Assembly (NCBI GenBank): GCA_038895675.1
Contig: JAWANB010000022.1
Location: 1-15,650, forward strand
DNA length: 15,650 bases
Source of the DNA: Candidatus Iainarchaeum sp.
Lineage (GTDB): Archaea > Iainarchaeota > Iainarchaeia > Iainarchaeales > Iainarchaeaceae
Direction: 5' to 3'
Position 1 is the stretch's first letter. Each line of letters begins with the position of its first letter. Of this stretch, positions 8,236-15,650 are shown one piece after another. Both the position numbers and the translations under genes were made by a program. The notes below the pieces were generated by a model. It was given only the letters and a program-made list of their open reading frames with translations, made no database searches and had not been told where the DNA came from.

Positions 8236-8862
8236 ATGTCTGGAAAAAACCACGGTCATCGCCTTTTAACCTCAAGGCTTAAAATAATGTGGCATAATTT
8301 GAAAGAGCAATGGCATGAACATAAGGGTGCTAAAGGACTTCATCGCTTAGGTTTTTTTGAACAAATTCTTAATCCTTTTTTTTGGGCAACTTTATGGATA
8401 AAATCAGGTAAAGAAGCAAAAGAAAATAGACTCAATTTAGCTTACCGCCACGAAATTGAAAGAAACCAAGACTTAACCAAAATAAAGTTTATACTTTATT
8501 CTGATAATTTCTCTTTTGCTTGGTTTTTTAGAGGAGATACAGAAAAGCTTTTACTTATGTATGCGAGAGAATTAGAGAAAAAGCCAGACAAACAAAAAGA
8601 ACTATTTTTATTAAAAAATCTTTTGTCTTTAAGAAATAATTTGATTTCTCTGGGAACAAAAGCGGAAAATAACTTTGCTAAAGCTGTTATTAATAGAGAC
8701 AATAAAGAACTACATGACGAATACTTGAGCGCCTATAGTTCAGCTTTAGGAGACTTTAAGAGAAGTTATGAATTATTCAGAGATTTCATGCTCAAAAATG
8801 ATAACGACTTAAAAAAAATTTTTGAAGATTTAGAAAATTGGAGAAAACAGAAAAAACCTTAA
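8236..8862 (+). CDS. Hypothetical orphan protein (208 aa), predicted helical
   Basis: ATG-started ORF filling the gap between PAC2 and the tad genes. Normal protein-like composition and TATA-like sequences upstream. No family recognised. Confidence 0.75.
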   Translation: MSGKNHGHRLLTSRLKIMWHNLKEQWHEHKGAKGLHRLGFFEQILNPFFWATLWIKSGKEAKENRLNLAYRHEIERNQDLTKIKFILYSDNFSFAWFFRGDTEKLLLMYARELEKKPDKQKELFLLKNLLSLRNNLISLGTKAENNFAKAVINRDNKELHDEYLSAYSSALGDFKRSYELFRDFMLKNDNDLKKIFEDLENWRKQKKP

Positions 8863-9660
8863 TTAAAAAATTTTTAAGCCAGAAGAAAACAAAAAAAGAG
8901 TCAAGCCAATAGGCAACAAAAAAACAGCATAAAAAAAAGACTTTTTCAAAAACCCGTCTAAGGCCCCAAGGAACAAACTTGTGATAAGACAATACTCTAA
9001 AACATAAATTGTGCTTATCAAACCCAAGTCTAATTTTACCATATTTTCTAAACTTTGGCTTTCAAAGTTTTGATTTACTGAAACGACGTTGCCTATTATG
9101 AAAGGAACAATCAAGCAACCTGCAAACAAAGTTATTTTTTGCATTACCATTACAGCATTTTTTTCATTTTCCAATCGTAATACTTCACTAAAATCTTCCG
9201 ATGCTCCTAAGTAGGTTTCAGTCATATCAGACCCATTTTCAATTCCATTTGAAATTAATTTCATGGCTCTTACTATTAATTCTGATTTGTTTCTTTCTCC
9301 TACTTTTTCTAAAGCCTTTGGTAAAGGCATGCCTGAAATGTTTTGAGCTAATGCTAACTTTAGTTCTTTGTTAAGTTCACCTTGTGAATTTTGAACTAAA
9401 AATTGTAATAAATTTCCTTCACTAACGAAACAAGAAGCAGAAGAAGCTGTTATTAATAAGCCGGGTAAGTCATTTTCAATTTTTTTTATTCTTTGGTTTT
9501 CCAAAAAGTTTTCAAATGCTTTTTGTATTGTTGTTCCAATAGGAAAGCCGAGAAAAGACAATAAAACAATTTTTTCATTTTGTGTAAAAATTCCAAAGCT
9601 TATGAGAAATAAGAAAATAATCAATCCAAAAGTAATTTTTTTTGTTTGATTTAGTTTCAT
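8863..9660 (-). CDS. Type II secretion system F family (TadC-like) pilus platform protein
   Basis: N-terminal TMs, IENDLPGLL...GELNKEL...SGMPLPKALE...SELIVRAMKLI...GSDM, C-terminal TMs. ATGA overlap with the preceding gene and GAGGAG SD. Confidence 0.85.
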   Translation of the reverse strand: MKLNQTKKITFGLIIFLFLISFGIFTQNEKIVLLSFLGFPIGTTIQKAFENFLENQRIKKIENDLPGLLITASSASCFVSEGNLLQFLVQNSQGELNKELKLALAQNISGMPLPKALEKVGERNKSELIVRAMKLISNGIENGSDMTETYLGASEDFSEVLRLENEKNAVMVMQKITLFAGCLIVPFIIGNVVSVNQNFESQSLENMVKLDLGLISTIYVLEYCLITSLFLGALDGFLKKSFFYAVFLLPIGLTLFLFSSGLKIF

Positions 9661-10397
9661 TCGTATCTCCTCAAAATAGTTGGAGCTGTTTTAATAACGT
9701 ACAAAACCGCGCTAGTATTTATTATAGGGATTATGAGACAGATTAGTAAGAAAAATTGGCTTTCGGTAAAAGGTATTTCCATAAAAACACTGCCTATGCC
9801 AGCAAAAGCTAACAACAAAGATGGTAGAACGCAAGAAGCAACTATGAAACCTATCGATATTGATTGTGCCTTTCCCATGAATTCTCTTATTTCTGTTTTT
9901 TGTTTGGCGAGAATTTCAAAAGCAAGTTTTCTTAATGGCATCCCTGCTTTTTTTCCTTCAGAGTTTCTATAAACTAAAGAAATCCTTGAAGCTGCTTGTA
10001 AGAAGTCCTTTGAGGTTGTTTTAAGAGCCTCTTTTAATATTGACTCATCTAAAGGCAAGCCTGTTGAATAATGGTTAGAAATAGCTCTTTGTAAGTTTTT
10101 AGACAACTCATCTTTGTTGTTTTTTGTTGTTTCTAATATTGCTTTTTCAAAGTCTATTCCCGCCTCTAACTCGTTTGCTATTTGTAGCAACATAAAAGGA
10201 AGTTTTGAGTCTATTTGCTTTGCAATTTTTTGTTTTTTAATCGATTTTTCTTTTGAAAAGTATATTGTTGACAAAAAAAAGCAAATACACCAAACAAGAA
10301 AGGCAACTTCGTAAGAGTTCCAGAAAATGAACAAAATAAGTGTAAATGAAGAGCTTAATATTATTGCCTTTAATAAATCATTAAAATTTACTCGCAT
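9657..10397 (-). CDS. Type II secretion system F family (TadB-like) pilus platform protein
   Basis: IDSKLPFMLLQIANELEAGIDFEKAI...ELSKNL...GLPLDESI GspF-domain pattern flanked by TMs. Directly downstream of the ATPase with a 17-nt overlap. Confidence 0.87.
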   Translation of the reverse strand: MRVNFNDLLKAIILSSSFTLILFIFWNSYEVAFLVWCICFFLSTIYFSKEKSIKKQKIAKQIDSKLPFMLLQIANELEAGIDFEKAILETTKNNKDELSKNLQRAISNHYSTGLPLDESILKEALKTTSKDFLQAASRISLVYRNSEGKKAGMPLRKLAFEILAKQKTEIREFMGKAQSISIGFIVASCVLPSLLLAFAGIGSVFMEIPFTESQFFLLICLIIPIINTSAVLYVIKTAPTILRRYE

Positions 10398-11784
10398 AAC
10401 TACCTAACTCTTCCAATACGTTGTTGCTAAAACTAGCGTTTTTCAAAAATTCTGCCCTTGACTTTAACTCTTGCAAAAAAGCTTCTTCGCTAAGCGAAAA
10501 AGTAGCTAAAATTTTTTTTATTACTCTTTTACTATTGTTTTTTCTTTTAAATTTATTTTCATTTTGGTCCCAAAAGTATAATACATTTATTTCTTTTCCA
10601 TTTGTTTCTGCTATTTCTTCAAGTTTTCTTTGTTCAAGAAAAACATTTTTTTGAAATATGCTTCTTCTTTTTTGTGTAATTATTAAGTCTATTGAAGAAA
10701 TGTCTTCTTGCATTACCCCATAATTTGAAAACCTTGATATTGATTCTTCTGAACTTTTTGCGTGAAATGTTGCAAAGCATCCTTTTCCTTGTCCCGCTAA
10801 TGCCGAGTCTATAAAAGCATGTACTTCTTCTTTTGTTCTAATTTCACCTATTATTACTCTATCAGGTCTCATTCTCATAGTATTTTCTATTAATTGGTGC
10901 ATGTTGACATTTATTGATGTGCAAAGTCTAACAGAATGTTCATGTATTAGCTTTATTTCAGGCGTGTCTTCAACTAATATTATTCTTTCACTTTTTGGAA
11001 TAAAGTAAAGTAATGCATTTAGCAAAGTTGTTTTGCCTGAACCAGTATTTCCGCAAATTAGTATAGAACAATCTGATTGAATTGCCATCCAAAGAAAAGC
11101 GAGCATTTCAAAAGAAGCTGTGTTAGATTTTCCTATTTCTTGTAAGTCAAATTTGGAATGCATGAATTTTCTTATTGTTATGCATGCGCCGCTTTTTGCT
11201 ATTGGTTTTATGCATGCATTCATTCTTGAACCATCAATTAATTCAGCGTCAATTTTTGGATTTTGGGTGGTAATTCTTTTTCCAGTGTGGGAAGCCATTG
11301 AGTTTGTTAAAGTTCTTATTTGTTCTTCGTTTGTGAAAAAAAGGTTTGTTTTTAACCATCCAAAATCTTTATGATAAACCATTACTGGGTTTTTTTCTCC
11401 TATCACTGCTATTTCTTCTAAGTCTGGATCTTTAAGTAGGTCTTCTATTGGTCCATTATTTGAAATTGCTCTTGATAAAACATAATATAATTCTTCTATC
11501 TCTTGCTTTGTTTTTTTTACTCTTTTTTTGGTTAGAAAAGTTTTCAGAAATTCTAAAGGGCTTAACTTGCTTTGCCCAAGGCCTAAGAGTCTGTAGGATT
11601 CTAACGATTCAACCAAAAGCATTTCGTCAAATTCTTTTAGCTTTGGTATTTGGGAAAGAACGTAAGTTTTAGTATTTTCATCTATTATTATTTTTGCCAA
11701 AGAATTTTCTTTCAAAACTTTTCCGTTGCAATGTTCAATTATTTTCCAGCCTAAAGAACATTTTTCCCCCAAAAACAACACCAA
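10381..11784 (-). CDS. CpaF/TadA/VirB11-family type IV pilus assembly ATPase
   Basis: GPIEDLLKDPDLEEI, DAELIDGSRMNA, ITIRKF, Walker A GNTGSGKTT (11026-11052), Asp box VEDTPE, Walker B MRPDRVIIGEIR, ATFHA. Start uncertain: in-frame TTG at 11772, 6 nt after GGTG, may be the true start. Confidence 0.93.
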   Translation of the reverse strand: MVLFLGEKCSLGWKIIEHCNGKVLKENSLAKIIIDENTKTYVLSQIPKLKEFDEMLLVESLESYRLLGLGQSKLSPLEFLKTFLTKKRVKKTKQEIEELYYVLSRAISNNGPIEDLLKDPDLEEIAVIGEKNPVMVYHKDFGWLKTNLFFTNEEQIRTLTNSMASHTGKRITTQNPKIDAELIDGSRMNACIKPIAKSGACITIRKFMHSKFDLQEIGKSNTASFEMLAFLWMAIQSDCSILICGNTGSGKTTLLNALLYFIPKSERIILVEDTPEIKLIHEHSVRLCTSINVNMHQLIENTMRMRPDRVIIGEIRTKEEVHAFIDSALAGQGKGCFATFHAKSSEESISRFSNYGVMQEDISSIDLIITQKRRSIFQKNVFLEQRKLEEIAETNGKEINVLYFWDQNENKFKRKNNSKRVIKKILATFSLSEEAFLQELKSRAEFLKNASFSNNVLEELGSYASKF

Positions 11785-11786
11785 TC

Positions 11787-11804
11787 ATTCGTCAATTGAC
11801 GAAT
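11787..11804. promoter_or_regulatory. 18-bp perfect palindrome upstream of the tad ATPase; candidate operator or RNA hairpin
   Basis: ATTCGTCAATTGACGAAT is its own reverse complement. It sits between a TATTTAAA box (minus strand, about 11824-11831) and the ATPase start. Confidence 0.55.
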
Positions 11805-11844
11805 AATTTATTGTGTTGTTTTTTTAAATATTTTTGTAAAAATT

Positions 11845-12186
11845 TCACCAATCAATTTTGTCATTAATTTCAACTTTTCTTAAGTATTCTAATGGTATTT
11901 CTATAAAGTACTTTGCGGGTTTTTTTGGAGTATAATTTAGTCTCCATGGCTTTAGAATCGCTTTTTCTCTGACTTTTTTGTTTTTATCTAAATACAAAAT
12001 ACCTATAGGGAAAAACACGAATAACATGTGGACACTTGCTCTTATTCTTGATTCTTTTTCAAGCACAAAAATTAATGCATAATCAAATTTTTCCTTACTT
12101 TCAAACATCAAACCTTTGAATTTTCTGAAAAAAGAATCTGCTATTTTGACCTTCTTTATAATAGCTTTATTATTACAATACAGCAT
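11845..12186 (-). CDS. DUF192 domain-containing protein
   Basis: ADSFFRKFKGLMF...ALIF...VHMLFVFFPIGILYLD...LKPWR...AKYFIEIP matches the DUF192 consensus. Confidence 0.9.
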   Translation of the reverse strand: MLYCNNKAIIKKVKIADSFFRKFKGLMFESKEKFDYALIFVLEKESRIRASVHMLFVFFPIGILYLDKNKKVREKAILKPWRLNYTPKKPAKYFIEIPLEYLRKVEINDKIDW

Positions 12187-12187
12187 C

Positions 12188-12400
12188 TTACCATTTCTTT
12201 TTTTTGTTCTCTCTTAACACTTCTATTTTTGGTATTTTTATTTCTTCAAGCATTAAGGAAGTTTGTTGAGGAGAAAAACCGCTGTTCTTTTCTTTTCTAA
12301 TGTCTTCTCTTATCTTATCTATTTCACTCATTTTTATTTGCATTTCTTTAAGAATTTTTTCTATTTCCTTACTTTTACTTTCGTTTTTAATTTCTTTCAT
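12188..12400 (-). CDS. Small Lys/Glu-rich hypothetical protein (70 aa)
   Basis: ATG with AGGT upstream. Ends 1 nt before the DUF192 start. Coiled-coil-like composition. Confidence 0.65.
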   Translation of the reverse strand: MKEIKNESKSKEIEKILKEMQIKMSEIDKIREDIRKEKNSGFSPQQTSLMLEEIKIPKIEVLRENKKKKW

Positions 12401-12565
12401 AACCTATTAAAAGAAGTTTAGTAATAAAAGATTTTTGGAAAGACGCTTTTTACAAATTATTCAAAAGCAACAAAAAATTAGAGCCTAAAAACCACAAACA
12501 AGAAAAGCAAAAAAGACTGAAAAAACGACTTTTAAAAAACTTAAAAGAATTTTTGTCAAAATTTT

Positions 12566-12925
12566 TCACTCATAAATCCTAAAAGGCACTTCTTTTCTGA
12601 ATTGCTTTTCTATTACACCAAATTCCCTATAGTGCTCTGAAACCACTATTTTTCCCAAAAAATTTCCAGGCCTTGCATATCTTGACAAGTAAACAGGAAT
12701 TTTTTCTTTATGCTTTTCAAAAGGTTTGAAAGCCTCTATCTTTCTTTTCAATTCTTTGTTTAATGATATATGACTAAAAGAAACAACTTCAGGCAAAAAG
12801 ACTTCAATAGTGACCATTTTTGTTTTTGGCTCTTCATTTTCTATTTCTAAACTTAACTCTATAGGCTCTTTTTCACTCAATTTTTGTCTCAAAGGATAGA
12901 TTGAAGATCTTATCGTTATTCCCAT
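12566..12925 (-). CDS. Hypothetical protein (119 aa), probable Ig-like beta-sandwich, no signal peptide
   Basis: AAGGAG SD before ATG. Alternating beta-strand patterns (IELSLEIEN, VTIEVFLP, PGNFLGKIVV). The fold is inferred. Confidence 0.8.
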   Translation of the reverse strand: MGITIRSSIYPLRQKLSEKEPIELSLEIENEEPKTKMVTIEVFLPEVVSFSHISLNKELKRKIEAFKPFEKHKEKIPVYLSRYARPGNFLGKIVVSEHYREFGVIEKQFRKEVPFRIYE

Positions 12926-12942
12926 GCATTATCTCCTTTAAT

Positions 12943-13200
12943 TTATAATATCTCAAAATCATCAGTGCTTTTACCTTTCAAAGAATTCATTTTTTCTTTC
13001 AAATAGTTTAAATTTCCAGGTTTAGGATTTGTGTTAACAAAATTGTTTTTTCCAGATTTCAGGCTTTTTTGAAAAGCATTAATTTCATCCATTGCTCCTT
13101 CACTCATAATACCAACAAAATTGCATTTGACACACTTATCATTGCCTAATTGTTTTACAAAACTCATGGAACCACATTTAGGGCAATACTTGAACTTCAT
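12943..13200 (-). CDS. Small zinc-ribbon protein (85 aa)
   Basis: N-terminal CPKCGS-x10-CVKC pair of CxxC motifs. Confidence 0.8.
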   Translation of the reverse strand: MKFKYCPKCGSMSFVKQLGNDKCVKCNFVGIMSEGAMDEINAFQKSLKSGKNNFVNTNPKPGNLNYLKEKMNSLKGKSTDDFEIL

Positions 13201-13252
13201 GTAAAAATTAATTACTTTAGAATTCTTAAATTTTTTTATATGCCGTATTTTA

Positions 13253-14332
13253 ATGCAGAGACTAGTTTTACATTTTGACTTGGATTACTTTTATGCTCAG
13301 GCAGAGGAAATAAGAAGACCAGAGCTAAAAGAAAAACCTTTTGCAGTTGGAATTTTTTCAGGCAGGTCTGAATTTTCAGGCGCCATAGCGACTTCAAATT
13401 ATAAGGCAAGAGAATTTGGTATTAAGGCAGGAATACCAATAAGTTTTGCAAAGAAAAAGTGCGAGTCTTTAATAGTTTTGAAGGCAGACCGCGAGTATTA
13501 CGAAATGCTTTCTGACAGGGTAATGGAAATAATAAGAGAAAAAGGAGAAAAGTTTGAACAGCTAAGCATAGATGAAGCATGTCTTGAAGTTACAGAAACC
13601 ACCCGAGGAAATTTTGCAGAAGCTGAAAAGTTAGGAAAAAAAATAAAAGAAGAAATCTTTGAAAAAGAAAAATTGACTTGTTCAGTAGGCTTAGGTCCAA
13701 ACAAATTAATTGCAAAAATGGCTGCTGACTCAAAAAAACCAAACGGCTTTACTTCAGTCATTCCGAGTTTTGTAAAAGAATTTTTAAGGTCTAAAAAAAT
13801 TTCAGACATTACAGGAATAGGGCCAAAAACAATAGAAGAATTAGAAAAAAATGGGATAAGAACAATCCCTGAATTGGCTTCAACACCTTTACAAAAGTTG
13901 ATTGAAGTTTTCGGAGAAAAAAAAGGTAAAGTGTTGTACGAAAGAGCAAACGGCATTGACAACGATCCAGTACTGGAAAAAGAACCACAACAATATTCAA
14001 GGTTAATGACTTTGAAAGAGAATTCTTCAAATGCTCTAAAAATAATCGAAGAGTCAAAAGAATTGGCAGAAGATTTAGCAAAAAAATGCGTTGAATCAAA
14101 AAAAACTTTCAAAGTCGTTTCAATAATAATAGTATCTTCAAGTCTACAGGTTTTCACAAAAAGCAAGACTTTACAAAAGCCTTCTCAAAAAACAGAAGAA
14201 ATTTTGGTTGTTTCAAAAGAACTTTTAGAATCTTTCATAAATTTAAACAAAAACATTTTGATAAGGCGTTTTGGTTTCAGAATTTCAGGATTAGAGGAAA
14301 AGAAAAAGCAACCAACTTTGTTTGATTACTAA
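13253..14332 (+). CDS. dinB: Y-family DNA polymerase IV (DinB/Dbh/Dpo4)
   Basis: HFDLDYFYAQAE, ATSNYKAREFGI, SIDEA, TCSVGLGPNKLIAKMA, KPNG, GIGPKT, little-finger domain, and C-terminal PCNA-binding PIP box QPTLFDY. Confidence 0.96.
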   Translation: MQRLVLHFDLDYFYAQAEEIRRPELKEKPFAVGIFSGRSEFSGAIATSNYKAREFGIKAGIPISFAKKKCESLIVLKADREYYEMLSDRVMEIIREKGEKFEQLSIDEACLEVTETTRGNFAEAEKLGKKIKEEIFEKEKLTCSVGLGPNKLIAKMAADSKKPNGFTSVIPSFVKEFLRSKKISDITGIGPKTIEELEKNGIRTIPELASTPLQKLIEVFGEKKGKVLYERANGIDNDPVLEKEPQQYSRLMTLKENSSNALKIIEESKELAEDLAKKCVESKKTFKVVSIIIVSSSLQVFTKSKTLQKPSQKTEEILVVSKELLESFINLNKNILIRRFGFRISGLEEKKKQPTLFDY

Positions 14333-14364
14333 TTTTTAACTTTTTTGTAAACTTGTGTATTTGA

Positions 14365-14437
14365 AGCCCCGTCGTCTAGCGGCCAAGGATAACAGCCTCT
14401 GGAGCTGTGGACACCGGTTCGAATCCGGTCGGGGCTA
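14365..14437 (+). tRNA. tRNA-Gln (anticodon CTG)
   Basis: Acceptor stem AGCCCCG/CGGGGCT plus discriminator A. Anticodon stem ACAGC/GCTGT with loop CT-CTG-GA (anticodon 14399-14401). T arm ACCGG-TTCGAAT-CCGGT. A1-U72 is typical of archaeal tRNA-Gln. No intron, no encoded CCA. Confidence 0.97.
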
Positions 14438-15583
14438 TTAAGTCATCAAAAATTTTACAGCTTCTGGAAAAAGTCTCCAAAGCGAAGGGTTGCTCAAAGC
14501 TTTGCTAACAAACCTTGAAGGCTTGTCCATATCCCCATGCTTTGAAAGAAATTCGCCAAAATTAGCTTTATTCATTTTTCTAAACAAGTCATCAATTTGC
14601 TCTTCACTTTTATTATTTATGAACTGCCTTATCTTCCAATGCAACAAAAGTTCTTTGTTTAAAGTCGAAATATTTTGCTCAAAATTTGCAAGAGGCTCTT
14701 TGTCACTAAAATGTTTATGAATAGTGTCCCCTAAAATTTGTGCAGCTTCTATTCCTAAAAGTATTCCCCCGCCGGTAGTGGCTTTGACATGTCCGGCAGC
14801 TTCTCCAACCAGCGCAATATTGTCTTTAACTATTCCTTTCAAAGGCTCGCCAATATAAATTAGTTTAGAGCACATATTGCAATATTCTCCTGAAAAATTG
14901 TGCAAATTACAAAACATTTCAAAGTCTCTCCTAACATTGCCGGAAGTAGTTGCTAAACCTACCCTTGCCTTTTCTTCATTCTCTGGAACTACCCAAGCAA
15001 AAAAGTTTTTTGCAAAATCACCAAAGTAAAGTTTTACAAAGTCTTTTTCAAAACTACCATTAGCAACTACTTGATAGGCATGAACATAATTTTTCATTTC
15101 AGTATTTATTCCTAAAATTTTTCTCATTTTAGAATTAACACCATCTGCACCAACAACTACTTTTGCTTTAACTAATTCTCCTCTTCCCTTGTGCTCTACA
15201 AAAACAGTTTCTTTTCTAACGTCAATAAGCTTGGTGTTCGTCCTTATTTCAACACCAGCTTCCTTTGCAGACTCAGCCAAAGACATATCAAAAGATCCTC
15301 TATCAATAACATAAGCAACAGCTTCTGATCTTTTAACTTCAAGCATTTCATTGCTTGGCGAATATATTTTAGCCCCTCTAATTTTATTCACGATGTTTTC
15401 TTCAACTTCTTTCCTTATGCCTAATTCATTAGTTCCAGAGACACTTATTAGACCAGTGCAGGCAACGGGGTCACCTATTTTAGGATGTTCTTCAAGCAAA
15501 ATAGAACTCCATCCTCTTTCCCTTATTCTCTTTGCTGCAGAAATGCCAGCAGGACCAGCCCCAACTACTGCTGCCATATACAT
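14438..15583 (-). CDS. Geranylgeranyl reductase-family FAD-dependent oxidoreductase
   Basis: VVGAGPAG Rossmann motif, ACTG, IDRGSFD, VVGADG, FFAWVVP, LVGEAAG..KATTGGGI. Start set at ATG 15583 because the track's GTG codons form a GGTGA SD upstream of it. Confidence 0.92.
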   Translation of the reverse strand: MYMAAVVGAGPAGISAAKRIRERGWSSILLEEHPKIGDPVACTGLISVSGTNELGIRKEVEENIVNKIRGAKIYSPSNEMLEVKRSEAVAYVIDRGSFDMSLAESAKEAGVEIRTNTKLIDVRKETVFVEHKGRGELVKAKVVVGADGVNSKMRKILGINTEMKNYVHAYQVVANGSFEKDFVKLYFGDFAKNFFAWVVPENEEKARVGLATTSGNVRRDFEMFCNLHNFSGEYCNMCSKLIYIGEPLKGIVKDNIALVGEAAGHVKATTGGGILLGIEAAQILGDTIHKHFSDKEPLANFEQNISTLNKELLLHWKIRQFINNKSEEQIDDLFRKMNKANFGEFLSKHGDMDKPSRFVSKALSNPSLWRLFPEAVKFLMT

Positions 15584-15650
15584 TTCAATCACCACAACTT
15601 TTTATTTAAAAGAATTTAATAGTAAATTTAACATTATTGGTTTGTAGTCT

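Noticed and set aside
6973..11672. Short ORFs 6973-7191, 8496-8702, 8792-8992, 9733-9972, 10114-10314, 10421-10654, 11120-11374 and 11448-11672
   Set aside because: They overlap well-supported genes antisense or out of frame, and their composition is not protein-like.
11735..11788. Out-of-frame ATG (11788) 17-codon ORF with a G GGA AAA slippery-like site in T5G5A5, as a programmed frameshift into the ATPase
   Set aside because: A -1 shift hits a stop; the ATPase frame is +1. In-frame TTG/GTG starts with an SD explain the gene more simply.
12403..12580. Stop-free Lys-rich plus-strand frame and a 24-codon hydrophobic minus-strand ORF in the spacer
   Set aside because: The plus frame has no usable start codon. 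Both are explained by A/T-tract composition, probably a terminator/promoter region.
14365..14437. tRNA as an integration site (att) for a mobile element
   Set aside because: No duplicated tRNA 3' end, integrase or transposase seen in the window.
13498..15647. ORFs 13498-14166, 13809-14099, 14490-14720 and 15351-15647
   Set aside because: Antisense shadows of dinB and the GGR gene.
1..15650. CRISPR array, rRNA, or alternative genetic code
   Set aside because: No regularly spaced repeats or long GC-rich structured tracts. Genes are intact under code 11 and use TAA, TAG and TGA as stops.

Overview
An AT-rich, gene-dense archaeal window. The tRNA-Gln has A1-U72 and no encoded CCA, TATA-like boxes sit about 22-30 nt before start codons, and PAC2, GGR and a PIP-box DinB are present. 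The overall style suggests a DPANN archaeon, possibly Iainarchaeota/Diapherotrites-like (inference, not searched). Positions 1-12186 look like a type IV/Tad pilus-associated surface locus. It holds three minus-strand pilin-like genes (one truncated at the window edge and missing from the ORF track), a divergent 54-aa Flp-like prepilin (also missing from the track), a 1506-aa secreted, C-terminally anchored protein with unusual internal hydrophobic hairpins, a Cys-repeat surface protein, a CpaF/TadA ATPase with two TadB/TadC (GspF) platform genes, and DUF192. A PAC2 chaperone and an orphan gene interrupt the locus. An 18-bp perfect palindrome inside a longer inverted repeat lies at the 5' end of the ATPase operon. 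The right end carries small hypothetical genes, dinB, tRNA-Gln(CTG) and a geranylgeranyl-reductase-family gene. No CRISPR array, rRNA or mobile element was seen.
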